A stretch of DNA of 64,000 nt, taken from the NCBI GenBank assembly GCA_965112735.1, contig OZ218953.1:1488001-1552000 (forward strand), given 5' to 3'. Shown piece by piece: positions 10,993 through 23,877 of this stretch. The DNA comes from Phaeosaccion multiseriatum. Lineage: Eukaryota > Protista > Ochrophyta, other classes. Below the pieces are notes generated by a model. The model had not been told where the DNA came from, did not search any database, and was given only the letters and a program-made list of their open reading frames with translations. The position numbers and the translations under genes were made by a program. Within the stretch, counting starts at the first letter, position 1. Every line of letters starts with the position of its first letter.

Positions 10993-13900
10993 TTACTCGC
11001 CGGCCCACTTGTGCTCTCCTTCCTCGCCCCGCTTGACGTGTATTCTGTATGACGACCTTCGCGGTGCAGCTTCCTCCACCGGCACCGGTGATCGTAGCAT
11101 AGGTCCGCCTATCGGACTCGGAGGGAGACCGAGCATGGTGCACGAGTGGCTGGGGGCCGCCGGACGCGTTGGTGCTTCGGCAACACCAGCAGACGAGGAG
11201 CAAGGGGAGGCGCGGCCGACGGAGGAGCCGTCCACCTCCTTGCCTCGATAGCTGCGACTCAGGCGGCTGAAGTCGTCGTCGCTGCCCACGCAGCTCCAGT
11301 CCACCGGCTCCTCCGGAGTCATATTCTTGCACTCTCGGAGCTCGGGTTGTGTGTAGCGGTAGGCAGAGTCGTACTGCTCACCGTGGGAGCCGACGTGGTC
11401 CTCCTCCCCTCCTCCTCCTCCTCCTCCTGCTGCTGCTGCTGCTGCTGCTGCTACTCCGCCCTTGTTGCGGCGGTCCTTGGAGAGAGCCTTGTTCCTGCCC
11501 AGCTGCTGCGTCATGGGCAGGTACAGCTTTGTGTACGAGTAACCCGTGTACAGCACCATGAGCGGCAGAGGCACGAGCGCGCACATTACATACGTGCCCC
11601 CCTCCTTGACGAAGCACAGGAAGCCGATGAGCACAATCTGAGACAGCACCAGCCCAACAATGATGGCCCAAAACAGGGTGTTCCAAAAGAAGCGACCCCC
11701 CGTCTCAAAGAGCGGTAGGTAGAGGTACAGCAAGTTGTACCGGAACACCATCTCTGCGAGGGTGAAGTAGAGCACCCCAATGGCCGTCACGTAGGGAGCA
11801 ATGCACTGATACACCTGACACAGCATGAGCACGAGCAGGCTGCCCGCGAAGATGGTGGGGTAGAAGGGGAAAGTCGGCTGGTGCAAGCCCTCGCGCTCCT
11901 GGCGGGCGGTGCGGCGCGTGCTGTCGCGGTGCAGAAATCGGCGAATGGAGTGCAGGGCAAGCAGATGGAACTTGAACACCTCTGGCCCCATCAAGCTGAA
12001 ACTCATCTTGGTCAAAAGCACAGACATGGCGTACACCGAGAAGCCAGGGATGGTGTCTCCCAGGCTCTCCATGGCCTCGGCGGGCTTTGTGTAGATGAGG
12101 GTCAGCAGATTAAAGGCGCTCTGTCCGCTCACGAGCACGTACACATTCACCACATTGAACCAAAACAGCCGCACAAGAGTCACCCGCTGGCACATGCTCA
12201 CCGACTTGTATCCCTCGTACTTGGAGGCGAGCAGCATACCCACCGGAGAGAGCGCCGCCAACAGGAGAATGAGGATCCACGAGGGGAGAAACGATGTAAA
12301 CACCGCGCGCAGGATGGCGTTCTCGGCCCACTTGCGAATGACGGACACACGCAGCAACTCGTTTCGAGACTGAAACACGAGGTTCACGAGCGAACTCCAG
12401 TAGAGCGCAGCGAGCGTGAGGCCAATGTTGACCACGAACTGCCGGTGCCTGATCTGCGCCTCCGGGTTGTGCGTGTTGCTCCAGATAATGTCTCGCGACT
12501 CGGGAGCGGCCCTGCACACCGCCAGGCCCGGTCGGTCTGCCAGTAGCACCTGCGTGGCCGTGTTCTTGCCCGTCAGCGACTTAAAGGTGACAAATCCAGT
12601 GACGCCCTTGACACCAACTGTGAGGAAGCGAATCTCCTTGAGCAGCACGAGCAGCACGTCCCAAAAGCCCCCCACGAGGAAGAGCACAACGCGGTTGAGC
12701 GTAATGTTCTTCAGAATGACCGGCGACCCAAACTTTGCATCCTCGTAGTAACGATTGTGGTCCCTCTCCTTGCGCAGCGCGGACAGCTTCGCCGCCCCGT
12801 TTTGCTTGCCCCTACTCATGGCGCTTCTCCCGCTGGTGTGTGCGAGCAAGGCATCTCCTTCTGCGTGGCCGTCGTCTTTCTTATTGCTATTCCCACTCCG
12901 CGTTGTTTGCACATGCAGCTTGTCCTGGTTCACCAACTCGTCTGCCGCCCTCGCCAGCACATCTCGCCGCTTGGTCCGCGGGGACCCCAGCGGTGCAGCC
13001 GCCGACCCCTTCCGGAAGGGGAGCCAGCTGCCCAACTTCGCCCGCTGCGCCCCCTCTCCTCCTCCTCCTCCTCCTCCTCCTCCTGCTCCTGCTCCTCCTC
13101 CTCCTCGTCCTCCCCACGCGCCCTCTCGCCCCGCTGCTGCGGTGTGCGCCTCTCCTGTGTTGCGCCCCAGTGCTATGGTGTGAAAGCGGTGGAGAGGGTG
13201 GACAACGGCGGAGCGGAGGCTGCTGTGATGGTCCGGGGTGGCTCTTGCGTGGTGCCGCAGATGCAAGCCTTCTCTGCCTCCCTTTGCGGGGCTTGCAGCA
13301 GCAGCTGCCGCAGCAGCAGCTCCTTCTCCTTTTCCTTCCCCTGTTGTTGGTGGTGGTGCTGCTGCTCCTGCTGCTGCTGCTCCTGCTGCTCCTGCTACCA
13401 CCCAACCCACATGAGGCGACCCTCCAGACCCAGACGACCCCGTTGTATTGCTCTCCCCCCTGTCAAGGAGGGCAAAACCGCCACCACTCCCCAAGGGTTG
13501 GGGGCAAGCCAGAGCAGATGGGTGACGCCTTTCTGCGGAGACTGTGTCCTCAACCCCCTCTCCTCCTCCGCCAAGGCCAACTCGCGCCTCCTCCCCAATC
13601 GTGTGTGAAAGCACGCCGTCATCATCCAATACCAAAGCAGGGTCAGTGACAGCACCAGCACCAGCAGCAATAGTAGTAGCAGTAGACGACGGGTAGTCGC
13701 TGCAGTTCATATCCTCCATGCCAACAGAGCCACCGACGGTTGCGCTTCGCTCCCTGCACGTGCTCTTGCTCCTTTCTCCGCCTCGAGTCGATTCCCAGCC
13801 CCTGTGGTGACTGGCGCTCAAGTCCCGGCCCTTCTTGTCCCCGACGTGTGCCTTACCCGCCAGCGAGCTACCGAGTCTCTTGAGGATGCTCCCCATACCC

Positions 13901-16900
13901 TTCGCACTTGCACCGCCCTCGGCGAAAGAATGGTCCCTCGTGCCCCTCCACCCAATATATTCTCCACTATCTGAGCAATGCCTGTCTCCAATAGACCGAG
14001 AGTGGTGTAAATCGAAGCCGAAGCGGCCGGGAGCGACCTCCCAATCGTCGTTCTCCAGCGAGCTCTTGCTCCTTGCTGCTGCTTCTCCTCCTCCTCCTCC
14101 TCCCACAGCACCACCAAAGCTGGCGAACATGCCCCCTCCACCTCTCTCCGCCTCCCCCCCCAACGAGGCCGGTCCCCCCTCATTGGCCCCGAAGAGCACA
14201 TTCTCAGCGGGCCCTAGCTCAAGCAAATCGAGGTGCTCCAGCACTTGCTGGCCCATGCCCATGTCTACACCCAGCGCCTCCGAAGGCCGGAAGTACTCAC
14301 TAAAATCGTCATCCTCCTCCTCTCCCCCCACCTTCTTGCCATAATCCAGTGGAGCAGAGCCAGCACAGTTGTGGGAGTCAAATACCGGATCCAAGGTGTC
14401 GGGTTTCGTGTGCGGGTAGTACTCAGACTGATAGCCTTGGTGGTTCGTGGTGGCGTAGAGACTGGCACGGCGTGCACTCCCGCCGACGCTCGACAGAAGA
14501 GGCTGTGTATTCAAGGGGAAGAGAAGGAGAGAAAGGAGGAAAGGGATGAGAGGGCCGCTCAAAGGCTGGGGTGCGACCTGGCCTTCCACCACCCCCCCAT
14601 TGCGACGATTCTCAGCCCATGAGTCCAAGGAAATTCACAGAAAATTCGAAGGCCATGAGTCCCAAGAACGAGACTCGTTTCATCACTCTCCCTTCTTCAC
14701 AGCCACAAGCCCCGTCTCTCGCCCACTTTTCCCCCTTGTTTCTTGTTGCTTTCGGTCCTCGACTCACCCACTCCGCAGAGCACCCTCCTCGGATCTCGCG
14801 CCTCGAAGTCCGACCCTCCGCTGCCGCCTTGTGGCCGAGCTTCCCCTTTCCCCTGCCCTTCCCATTGCCCCCTCGCTCTGGCGAAGACCCGATACTCGCA
14901 GTCGACTTGGACCGGCGCCTGGTCGTGGTGATGCACGAGTCGCTGCTTCTCGAATCGACTTCACCGCTACTGCCACCACCACGTTCGCTCACGCTATGGG
15001 ATCGCCGCCTCTCCATCCCCCCCATGTCATGTCTTTGCTTTACTCCATCCTTCACGCCCTCGCTGGACTTCGGCTTCATCTCCTCTTTTACACAGTCCTC
15101 CTCCCGAGCCGCGGCGGTGGAGCAGCTTTGTCCCTCCACACGAATGCCCCCTCCTCCTCCTCCTTCTCCTCCTTCTTCTGGTGTCTCTCTTGTCGCCGCC
15201 CCTGAAGACCCCCTTGCGACAGCTGCGTTGGCGCTGGAGGTGGAGCAGGGACTGGCAAGAGCAGGGCCCTCCGCCTCGGCGTCCCCCAGGGGTATCGTTG
15301 CTTCGAACGGCGAGGGGGCACTGAGGAAGGTGCCCTCCGAATCCTGTCCCATCGAATTGTCCAATTCATTCCGCGGCAAAGTGGGCCGCGGAAGCTCAAG
15401 TCCAAGTCCAAGTTCTTGTTGCTCCTGCTGCTGCTCCTCCTCTTCCCTCGCTGCTATGCTTCTCGTTACGCTTCTCCTCCTGAGCATTGGGAGAGAAGCC
15501 GAAGCCATAGTGTGCCTTGGACCCAACCGAGGCCTGGGTCCCGCTTGCCCCCCTCCTCTCCCCCTACCCCCTCCCCTATAACCACTTTCACCCAAGCTTC
15601 CAGTCCCACTCCCGCCGATGCCGGGAGGGCCCGCATTGGCAAGCGCAGGGTCCATCCCCAGCGAGCGTAGCGCGTTGGCCTGTATGATGCAAAGGTCGCC
15701 ATTGTACCAGCTCAGGGCCCGGCCCAAGTCCAAGTTGGTCGCCTTGAGCTCCAGCGAGAGGTAAGGCACTGACAGAACACTGACGAAAAGCGGGTCCCGA
15801 TCCCGTCCCGCGGCCTTTCTGTCGACCCCTCGGCAGAAATTATTCAGAAAGACCTCCTCGTCCACTGTCAAGGCATGAAACTGTTGACAATGCAGCTGCT
15901 GCTGTTCACTCTGCTGCTGATGATGGTGCCATCTGGGGTTGGCGCTTACCCACGAAGAGCCTGCCAGTCCCGCCCGCAGGGTCGTATCGTGCCTTGCGTG
16001 CCTCTCCTCCGAGTCCACGGGAGATTCCCTTCCTCGCGAACGCTCCCCTCCTGCTGCTCCCTCCTCCATGGAGGCGGCCGGGTTTGAGCTGTGCTCGGCT
16101 TCTTCCTGGATACTCCAAGGCAACGGCCTTTGGCCGAACGCGTGAATCAGCGTCTTGCGCCTTTGCTTGGCCGTCCTGCGGCAAATACGCATCGTGGGTT
16201 CTCTGCCGAGGACGACCCTGCATAGCAGGCATAGCAGAGCAGAGCACAGCAACAGATGAGTGGGTACACAGTACACCCGGCTTCACCAAAAAGTAGACAG
16301 CATCAAATGAAGAGGCATAATTCCAGGAACTTTTTCTTTCTCAAGAACAAACAATCACTAGGGTGTGTGGTCCTCTCCGATAAAAAAACATCCGTCAAAG
16401 CGTCAGAAACACCACAGGGGCCCAACATCCCACACATCCCGCCCCCGCATCTCTTACCTCTCCTGCAGAGCCGCCTCGAGCTTGCCCCGGATGGACAGCC
16501 GCTTGGCAATGATGTGTCTCAACCCCGTCGCTTCTCTGGCCACGGAAGAAGTGAGCACGTCCCCTGGGAAGAGCCCGTCGAAGAGGGCCTGTAACATTAG
16601 GGGGGTGCGGCACTGCGTGGGAATCCGCTCCACCATGACCGTGTAGTTGGTCTGCATGTCGTAGCCGAGATCACCTGTGGAAGGGGAGGGGAGGGGGGGC
16701 ACGTTGGGGGGGCGGGGGGGGCGGTGGGAAGGAGGGGAGGGGAGGGGAGGGGAGGGGAGGGGAAGGAGGGAGGGATGGATGGCGTTAGATGCCTTGCGAA
16801 GGAGAGAAGCGGAGGGACGCTTCCATCGCAAAGTGGTCTCTCTCACACACATGCATACACACTGTATACATACTCTTCCCCCTCTGCTTTCAATAAAAAG

Positions 16901-18199
16901 CAGACACACAAATGAAGCTGGCAAAAAAAAAGTTCATAAAAAAGGATGTATATCGTATACATGACATTGTCGTCAGCATTCTTACCCTCTGTCAAGAAGT
17001 CAGCTGCGAGGGCCGCCAACCGCTGGTACTCCTCTCGAAGAGATCGGAGGACCTGCAGGACCGAGGATAACCGAGTAGGAGAGGAGAGCGAGGGGGTCGA
17101 CAAGGGCGGGTAAGCAAGCAAGCAAGCTAAAAACTGCACACCGACCACGCAGCAGGGAGAACATGCCTCTCGACTGATTGGCATGGCAAGTACAACAAGA
17201 CACAGTAGAGAAGTAAGCACGTAAGTAAGTAAGTAAGGCTGAGACACACGTACCTGCACGGCGAAGACCCAGGCCCACACGATGACGACCCAAAACTTGC
17301 TGGAGTAGCCTTGCTCCTCGGGAAGGAGGTTGTCTATGGTGATTGAGGCAGGCCCGCTCTGCCTGCCCGACCCCGTGTAGAAAAGGGGGGTGAGCAGGCA
17401 GAGGCCCACTACTCCAAAGAGGCAGATCTTGAAGCCCATGCGGCAGAAGCGAATGACTTTTTGTTTGTTTGTTTGGGTATGGAGAGGGAGCGGAGCGGAG
17501 AAGCGGGAAGAAAGAGAGGAGTGTGGTTTGGGGGTTTTTTTGTTCAGTTCAGAGGTGCTCTCATTTCGGGACAGGACGGGTGGGTGGGCAGCGTTGTGTT
17601 CGAGTCGCGGCTCCAGTGAGTAACGCACACACGCCCGCCCGCCCGCACGCACGCACGCCCGCCCGCACGCACGCACGCCCACACGCACTCACCAAGGTAC
17701 CCGTCCAGACCCACGAGTTTGTGAATCTCTTTGTCGCCCAGGCTCCACACGGACGTGCCCCAGGCGAAGAGGCCGAAGGGGTAGGGAGGGGGCGGCGCGA
17801 GGCGGAGTCGCTCGTATTGGAGAGTCACTTCTTGCTCGCATCTGCCGTCAGGCACAGCGGACGGTTGTTGAGAAAAGAGGGGGACTTGTATGCACGTGAG
17901 CACTTTGTACAACGAATGGCAGCGTGACCTCCCATGTCTTTCCTCTCCTCTCCCACGCAAGTCTCTCGGGTGGCCCAAACCCCGTCCCCCCTCCCCCCCG
18001 CCGCCTTCCCCCGCATTGGCCTCACTCACCTCGTCCGATACATGCCGGCGAGCGACTTCTTCCTTCGAAGGATCTCAAAGAGCACAGTCATGAAGATACC
18101 GATGCCCGCATTGACCTCTATGGTGGAGGCAAAGGACGCCCAGCTCAGTAAATCGTCCGCCGTGGAGGCCTCAGACCCCTCCACCTCAGGGCTCGACAT
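10993..18199 (-). CDS. OSCA/TMEM63/CSC1 family mechanosensitive channel with a very large cytosolic insertion
   Basis: N-terminal TM (GIGIFMTVLFEILRRK...MYRTR), GLDGYL|VIRFCRMG, SITIDNL, NYTVMVERIP...LFPGDV, TGFVTFKSL, AAPESRDIIWSN, a multi-TM RSN1_7TM-like block, and YNLLYLYLPLFETGGRFFW. Probable intron about 14767-14503. Confidence 0.92.
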
Positions 18200-18997
18200 C
18201 TCCTCCTTCGGTGCTGCTGCCTCGTCTCCTTGGGAGTACAGTACTTAGTACTGTGGGAGCTTCTGGGGAGAGAGAATGAAGCAGGACCAAGAGACACACG
18301 CACCTAGGAGAGTAAGTTATAACAGCCTACTTCCACTCATTTCCAAAGAATTGTTCGACAAGATTGGGGGGAGTGAGAAAGAGTTGGCAAACCGTGGGGA
18401 ACACGCCAACAAGTACTGCCGGCCGTCTCACATCCGCCCTAACCCTGTAGTATAGCCAATGCCTCGTCCCATTCAAATCACAACTGCTACGTTGTACCAG
18501 AGCCAGGCCAAATTGTCAACTCCAAACAGAAAAGAATAAAGAAGAAAAGCTTCTTTCGTGCCGGGCCTACCTGATAGAGACTGCGTCGAGGCAGCATTGG
18601 ACGGGTTGGCTAGCCAGGTGCGCACAAGCCAAATCTATCCAAGTAGCCTTGCTTCTCCTCCCCCCCCACCCCCGCCACGGCTATCCCGCCTTTGCCTGAC
18701 CCCACTATTTTCCCCCAAAGGTCCTTAAATCTCAATTCGCCGTGCAGGCCCCACCGTGCCAGAGCGTATCAGGGAAAGAGAGGCGTAAAGGGACAATAGA
18801 GCAATGTTATTGGCCCTTCTCCTTGGCTGAGGCTACAGCGTCTTCAGAAACGAAGGACCAGGTCGACGTGGGATTTAGAACACCCAACTGTGAATTGAGT
18901 TGAGTGCAGAACGACCAACACGTTAAGTTGGCTTTTTTTCTCTCTCTCTCTCAATATCCTCTCTCACTAGGGCTAAAGGGAGGAGCTTGCATAAAAA

Positions 18998-20542
18998 ATG
19001 CCCTCCATTCTTCGTGTGAAGGTCCTCGAGGCGAGGGACCTGCCCGAGATGGACCGCAACGTCCGCGGAGAGCTGTACACAGACGCGTATGTGGATATAA
19101 AGTTCGGCCACTACGAGAGGGTGCGTGAAATGACCGTCATATCATATCAGCCCCGACCTGTGTAGCCCCCCCCCCCCCCCCGCCTCCTCGTTCGCCTGCT
19201 CTACTCCTTCTCTCTTGCTGGGCGCTCACTTGCCCCCAATTCTTTGCCCCCATTGTTCGTCCGTCGCCCGCCCCTCTTTGTGTCACCTCAGCGAACACGA
19301 GTGTGCCGCAAAACGCTCAACCCCCTATGGAATGAGGAGTTCAAATTCAGTGTTGTGGATGATTCCATCCTCCAGAATGAACCCATTGAATTCAAGGTTG
19401 GTACAATTTTCTTTCTTCAGAGCACACCCCCGTATCTGTTGGGAGAGAGTGAGCAAGGGTAGCTCGAAAGCGGGTAGCTAACAACTCAGAGTGGCATATT
19501 TATTCAATGTTTGGGACGCTCTCTTAAGTCCACATATCGCCCAACACAACACTGGACCAACACTGTACCTCCCCTCCCTCGTTTCGTTTCGTCTCCACAG
19601 GTCATGGATCACGACGTGTACACGAGCGACGACGCTGTAGGTGGGTACGAGAGCAAGTAGCCGCCTCTACCGCGACGAGAGAGGAAATCAAGCAGCGCGG
19701 TCTGTTGTACGGATTTTGATCTTAATCTCTTCCTCTTGCTCCTTCCTGTTGGTGCTGTGCTTCTGCCTTGCCGTGCCGCCGCCCCTCAACTGCAGGGCTG
19801 GTTTACATGGATATCGCGCCGCTACTGATGCGCACGGCCACCGAGAGAGATGCCAAGGACCTGGCCATCGAGGGTTGGTTTCCGCTGTACGACACACTCA
19901 AGGGCATGCGGGGGGAGATCTACCTCAGCGTCAAGGTCCGTCCACCAGGAAGGGGGGGGGGGGCGATTTTGATTGATTAAACCTCGGTTTTGCGTTTCGT
20001 TTTCTCGTTGTCGCGGAGAATCCGTCTACCGTCCACTGCCCCCCGCCCCCCCTCCCTGTGACGAAACTTGCGTGTGTTCAGCTCTCCTCCCCTCCCTCTT
20101 TTGCCCCATGTGTTTTGTTCGCTGTGCCTTGTGCCATGCCGTGGGGTGTGGGGTGCGGTGCCTGTGATATACATATAGGTCAAGTTCATCGGTGACGACA
20201 ACCCGTACCGCGCCTCCTCGGCAGGGGTGCGCTTCTTCAACCTCTCCAAGCTCAACCCTGATGTGTTCCTCATTCACAAGGGTGAGGCCAGAAGGAAGGA
20301 CGGAAGGAAGGATGGATGGAACAATGGATGGAGGGAAGGAAGGAAGGAAAGAAGGAAGGAAGAGAGGGAGAAGGAAGGAAGGGAGAGGGGGTGGGAGGAA
20401 GGGAGGAAGAGAGGGTGAGAGGAAGGGAGCAAGTACATATTCAAGTCTCGACAGGTCAAGCATCCACCCACCCCAAAGGGGGCGCGAGGCTTTGCAAGAT
20501 CCCAAGAGGCGAAGGGCACGTCCGATAAGTACCGGTGCATGA

Positions 20543-20575
<33 letters not shown>

Positions 20576-20846
20576 GCATTGCACTCTCCCGTCCGTCCTC
20601 CTGTCCCATCGGTTTTGTCCTGTGTCGGTCCCATAAACACTTGTCCCACACACACAACAAAAGTGTTCGGCTTTGTGGAGGAGCTGGCGGTGGAGAGTGA
20701 CCCGGAGTTTCAGTGGAGCGATAACTTCCGCAAGGCGAGGGCCACGAATCAGACCAGACAGGCGCTCTTCTACAGACTCGACTCCACTGTGCAGCGGAGA
20801 GTGGGCAAGAAGGTGGGTGGGTATCGCGTTGATTGATTGACTAATT

Positions 20847-20903
<57 letters not shown>

Positions 20904-21159
20904 GTAGATAGATAGATAGATGGATAGATGGATTGCTTGATTGATCGATTGGTTGATAGACAGATAGGTACATACACAGATAGATCGATAGGTAGGAAGG
21001 TAGGTAGATAGGTAGGTAGACAGATGGAGAGGCGCTGAAGAGCGGCTGAGCGACAGAGTGTCGATTCGATGGTGTTGACTTACCAGGTGTGGAATTTGTT
21101 GACTTACCAGGTGTAGAAGTTGTGCTCCTTTCCTGGTAGTTATGTACTGCAATGTGTGT

Positions 21160-21203
<44 letters not shown>

Positions 21204-22792
21204 ACAACCACAGGTGCTCGATATGGGAGGCAATGCCGTCCTGGGCTACCACAGCGAGTTCGACATCGAGGGGGACTCCGGCATCGTAGCCCGGGGCAGG
21301 GGCACGGCCTGCGTCATCTACAGGAAGGTACGCCACGCCACGTCACAACTCACACCACGTCATGCCGCTCTATTTCGTTGATGTCACTCCCCGCCTTGAT
21401 TGTTCATTCTCCTATTTACTGTCCGCTGCTGCTTGGCCCCTCTCTCTTCAATGCGATGGCAGGAGGAGCACGCAGAGCTTCTTCGCACGGAGCTGCTGGC
21501 GGAAGCAGCCTTTGTAGAGGCGGCACAGAGAGCAGCAGGAGGAGGAGGAGGAGGAGGAGGAGGAGGAGGAGGAGAAGGGGGGGGAGGGGGTGACGAGGGA
21601 GGAGGGGGGGGGGGGGGGGGAGGAGGAGTCGACGACGAGGACGGGGGGCTAGCAACAGGAGGAGGAGGAGGAGGAGGAGGACCAGGAGGAGGGGGGGGAG
21701 GAGGGGGGGGGATGAGCTCCGAGAGAGCCGAGCGCGACGGTAAGGCTGTACGAAACACCGCCAGCAGCTCCATGAAACTCAAACTTCCAAAGGGCAATGT
21801 GCCGGAGGGCCTGGGGCTGCTTCGGGCGGACGAGAACTCCTTCGCCGGAGACGTGCGGGTGCGTGCGTGCGTTACGTTGGGTTGGCAAAGAAGCTTCGGC
21901 TTATGTTATCTCGGACGCCCCCACTCATCCGTACGCCGCACCCGCATACCACACCGACCATCCTTGCCCTTGCCTTGCCCCCCCCCCCATCTCCCTCCCT
22001 CTCCCTCCCCTTGTGCTCTCTTCGGTCCTGTTCTCTCCCTCGCCTCGCCTTCCCCCCCTTCCCTTTCCCCTTCTTACCCTTATTATCCTTGCCCTTTGTG
22101 TCCCTGCTTCCCTCCTCCTTCTCTCCTGCGTGCAGCTTCTCACGCTGAAGGAGTTCGATCCGCATGTGCGTGTACGCCTCGGCGGTCTTGTCATGACACG
22201 CTCGGTCAAGTTCCTGGGCAAGCTCGCCTCGTCTCTCTCCGACCAGGAGACGAGGGACAGCTGGTGGGAGGTAAGGCCAGAGGTGTGGAGGAGGGAGCTT
22301 GGGGACCAATGAAGGTGATCTATCGCACTACCACGCGGCTGCCTGTTTGTCTTTGTGTTGTTTTCACACTTTCCGTACGATACGTGACCATGTGACTGGG
22401 ATAGACGCACCCCCGCTCCTCCCACAGCACGGGGGAGGAAGCTGCGGACTCATCCCATGAGGACAGCCCCATCCATGAAGCATGGTGCCTCTCATCCTCC
22501 CTTAAATCTCGTATGCCTCTAAATCCCCCCCCCGCAGGAGCTGCGCGAGGAGATCCGCGGCCACGCCCGTCTGCTCTGCTGCACGGAGGTGGTGGGCTAC
22601 AGCGAAACCGCCGCCGTCGGAGGAGATGTTTGCGTGCTCTCCGCCACCGGATGCGCCGCCTCCGTCAGGAAGGTGTGTACGTGTGTGTGTGTGTGTGTGT
22701 GTGTGTACGTACCTTGTTCCGTGCCGCTTGCCCGATGTACTGGGAAAGGAAGGAAGGGGTCCGGCGGGCAGCAGCATGAAAAGAAGCAGCAG

Positions 22793-22824
<32 letters not shown>

Positions 22825-23125
22825 CAAGTTGGTAATTCAGCAGTTTGGTGTATGTGTGTTTTGAGTCCTAAGCTCAGGCACCACATTTGTGATTGTTTGC
22901 TTTGCTTCCTCACCACGTTATTCCGACCGCTGCCTCTCGTTGTCCTCTTACTTCCTTGTCTCATTGTGGGTGTGGGTGGGCCATCCTACTCTTTGCCTCG
23001 CAGGTGCGCCATCCTATACTGGTGGCACTGGAGCAGAATCCAACGGAGCTGCTCAGAGAGACCCTGAGGGACGATGACGAGGTCAGTCAGCCCTCAGCCC
23101 GCCAAGCATATGGCCAGATAGGCAA

Positions 23126-23170
<45 letters not shown>

Positions 23171-23838
23171 CAAGCAGGCAAGCAGGCAGGCAAGCAGGCA
23201 GTCAGTCAGTCAGTCGGGCAGTCAGTCAATGTGCCAGTCACTTCATTTCACATCGAGCCAAGCCAAGCCAAGCCAAAGCAAGGGGGGGACCTCACAATAC
23301 TCTCTCCTCTTTCTCTGCTGTCCTGGTCCTCCCTCCCTCCATCCATCCATCCATCCATCCATCCATCCATCCATCCATCCCTCTCTCCGTCCCTCCCTCT
23401 CTCCCTCCATCCATCCATCTCGCAGCAGCCCCGGCGGGCGAGGCGACGGTCTACGTCCCTATCCTTCACCGACAAGCCCACACCACGGAGATCGAGTCTA
23501 GGGGGCACGTCCACCCAATTCACAGGTGGAGACGACGAGGAGGATGACCCTGACAGGAGGAGGCACGGGGAGGGAGGAGGTGAGAACCTGAGTGAGGGAA
23601 GGCCTTCCTACTTCATTCGCCCCGAGAACATTGCCACACTGCCTGTCTTCATTCCATCTCTCTCACTCTTCCAGATGGAGGAAATGCCTTCTCTGTGACC
23701 TCTCCTCCCTTCTTTGATCGTTCCATTCTCCTCTACTCACTCGTCCCAATTCGTCCCTCCCGTCCCCCAACAGACGAGCGAGACGATGGATTGGGTGGGC
23801 AGCTTGGAGAGCACGAGAGAGGCGCACGTCGAGAGAAG

Positions 23839-23877
<39 letters not shown>

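Noticed and set aside
14612-16276. Separate 554-aa gene
   Set aside because: It lies between the N- and C-terminal halves of the OSCA channel and has suitable splice sites.
18435-18445. Telomere/telo-box-like CCCTAACCCT in the OSCA/C2CD5 promoter
   Set aside because: A single short match is compatible with chance.
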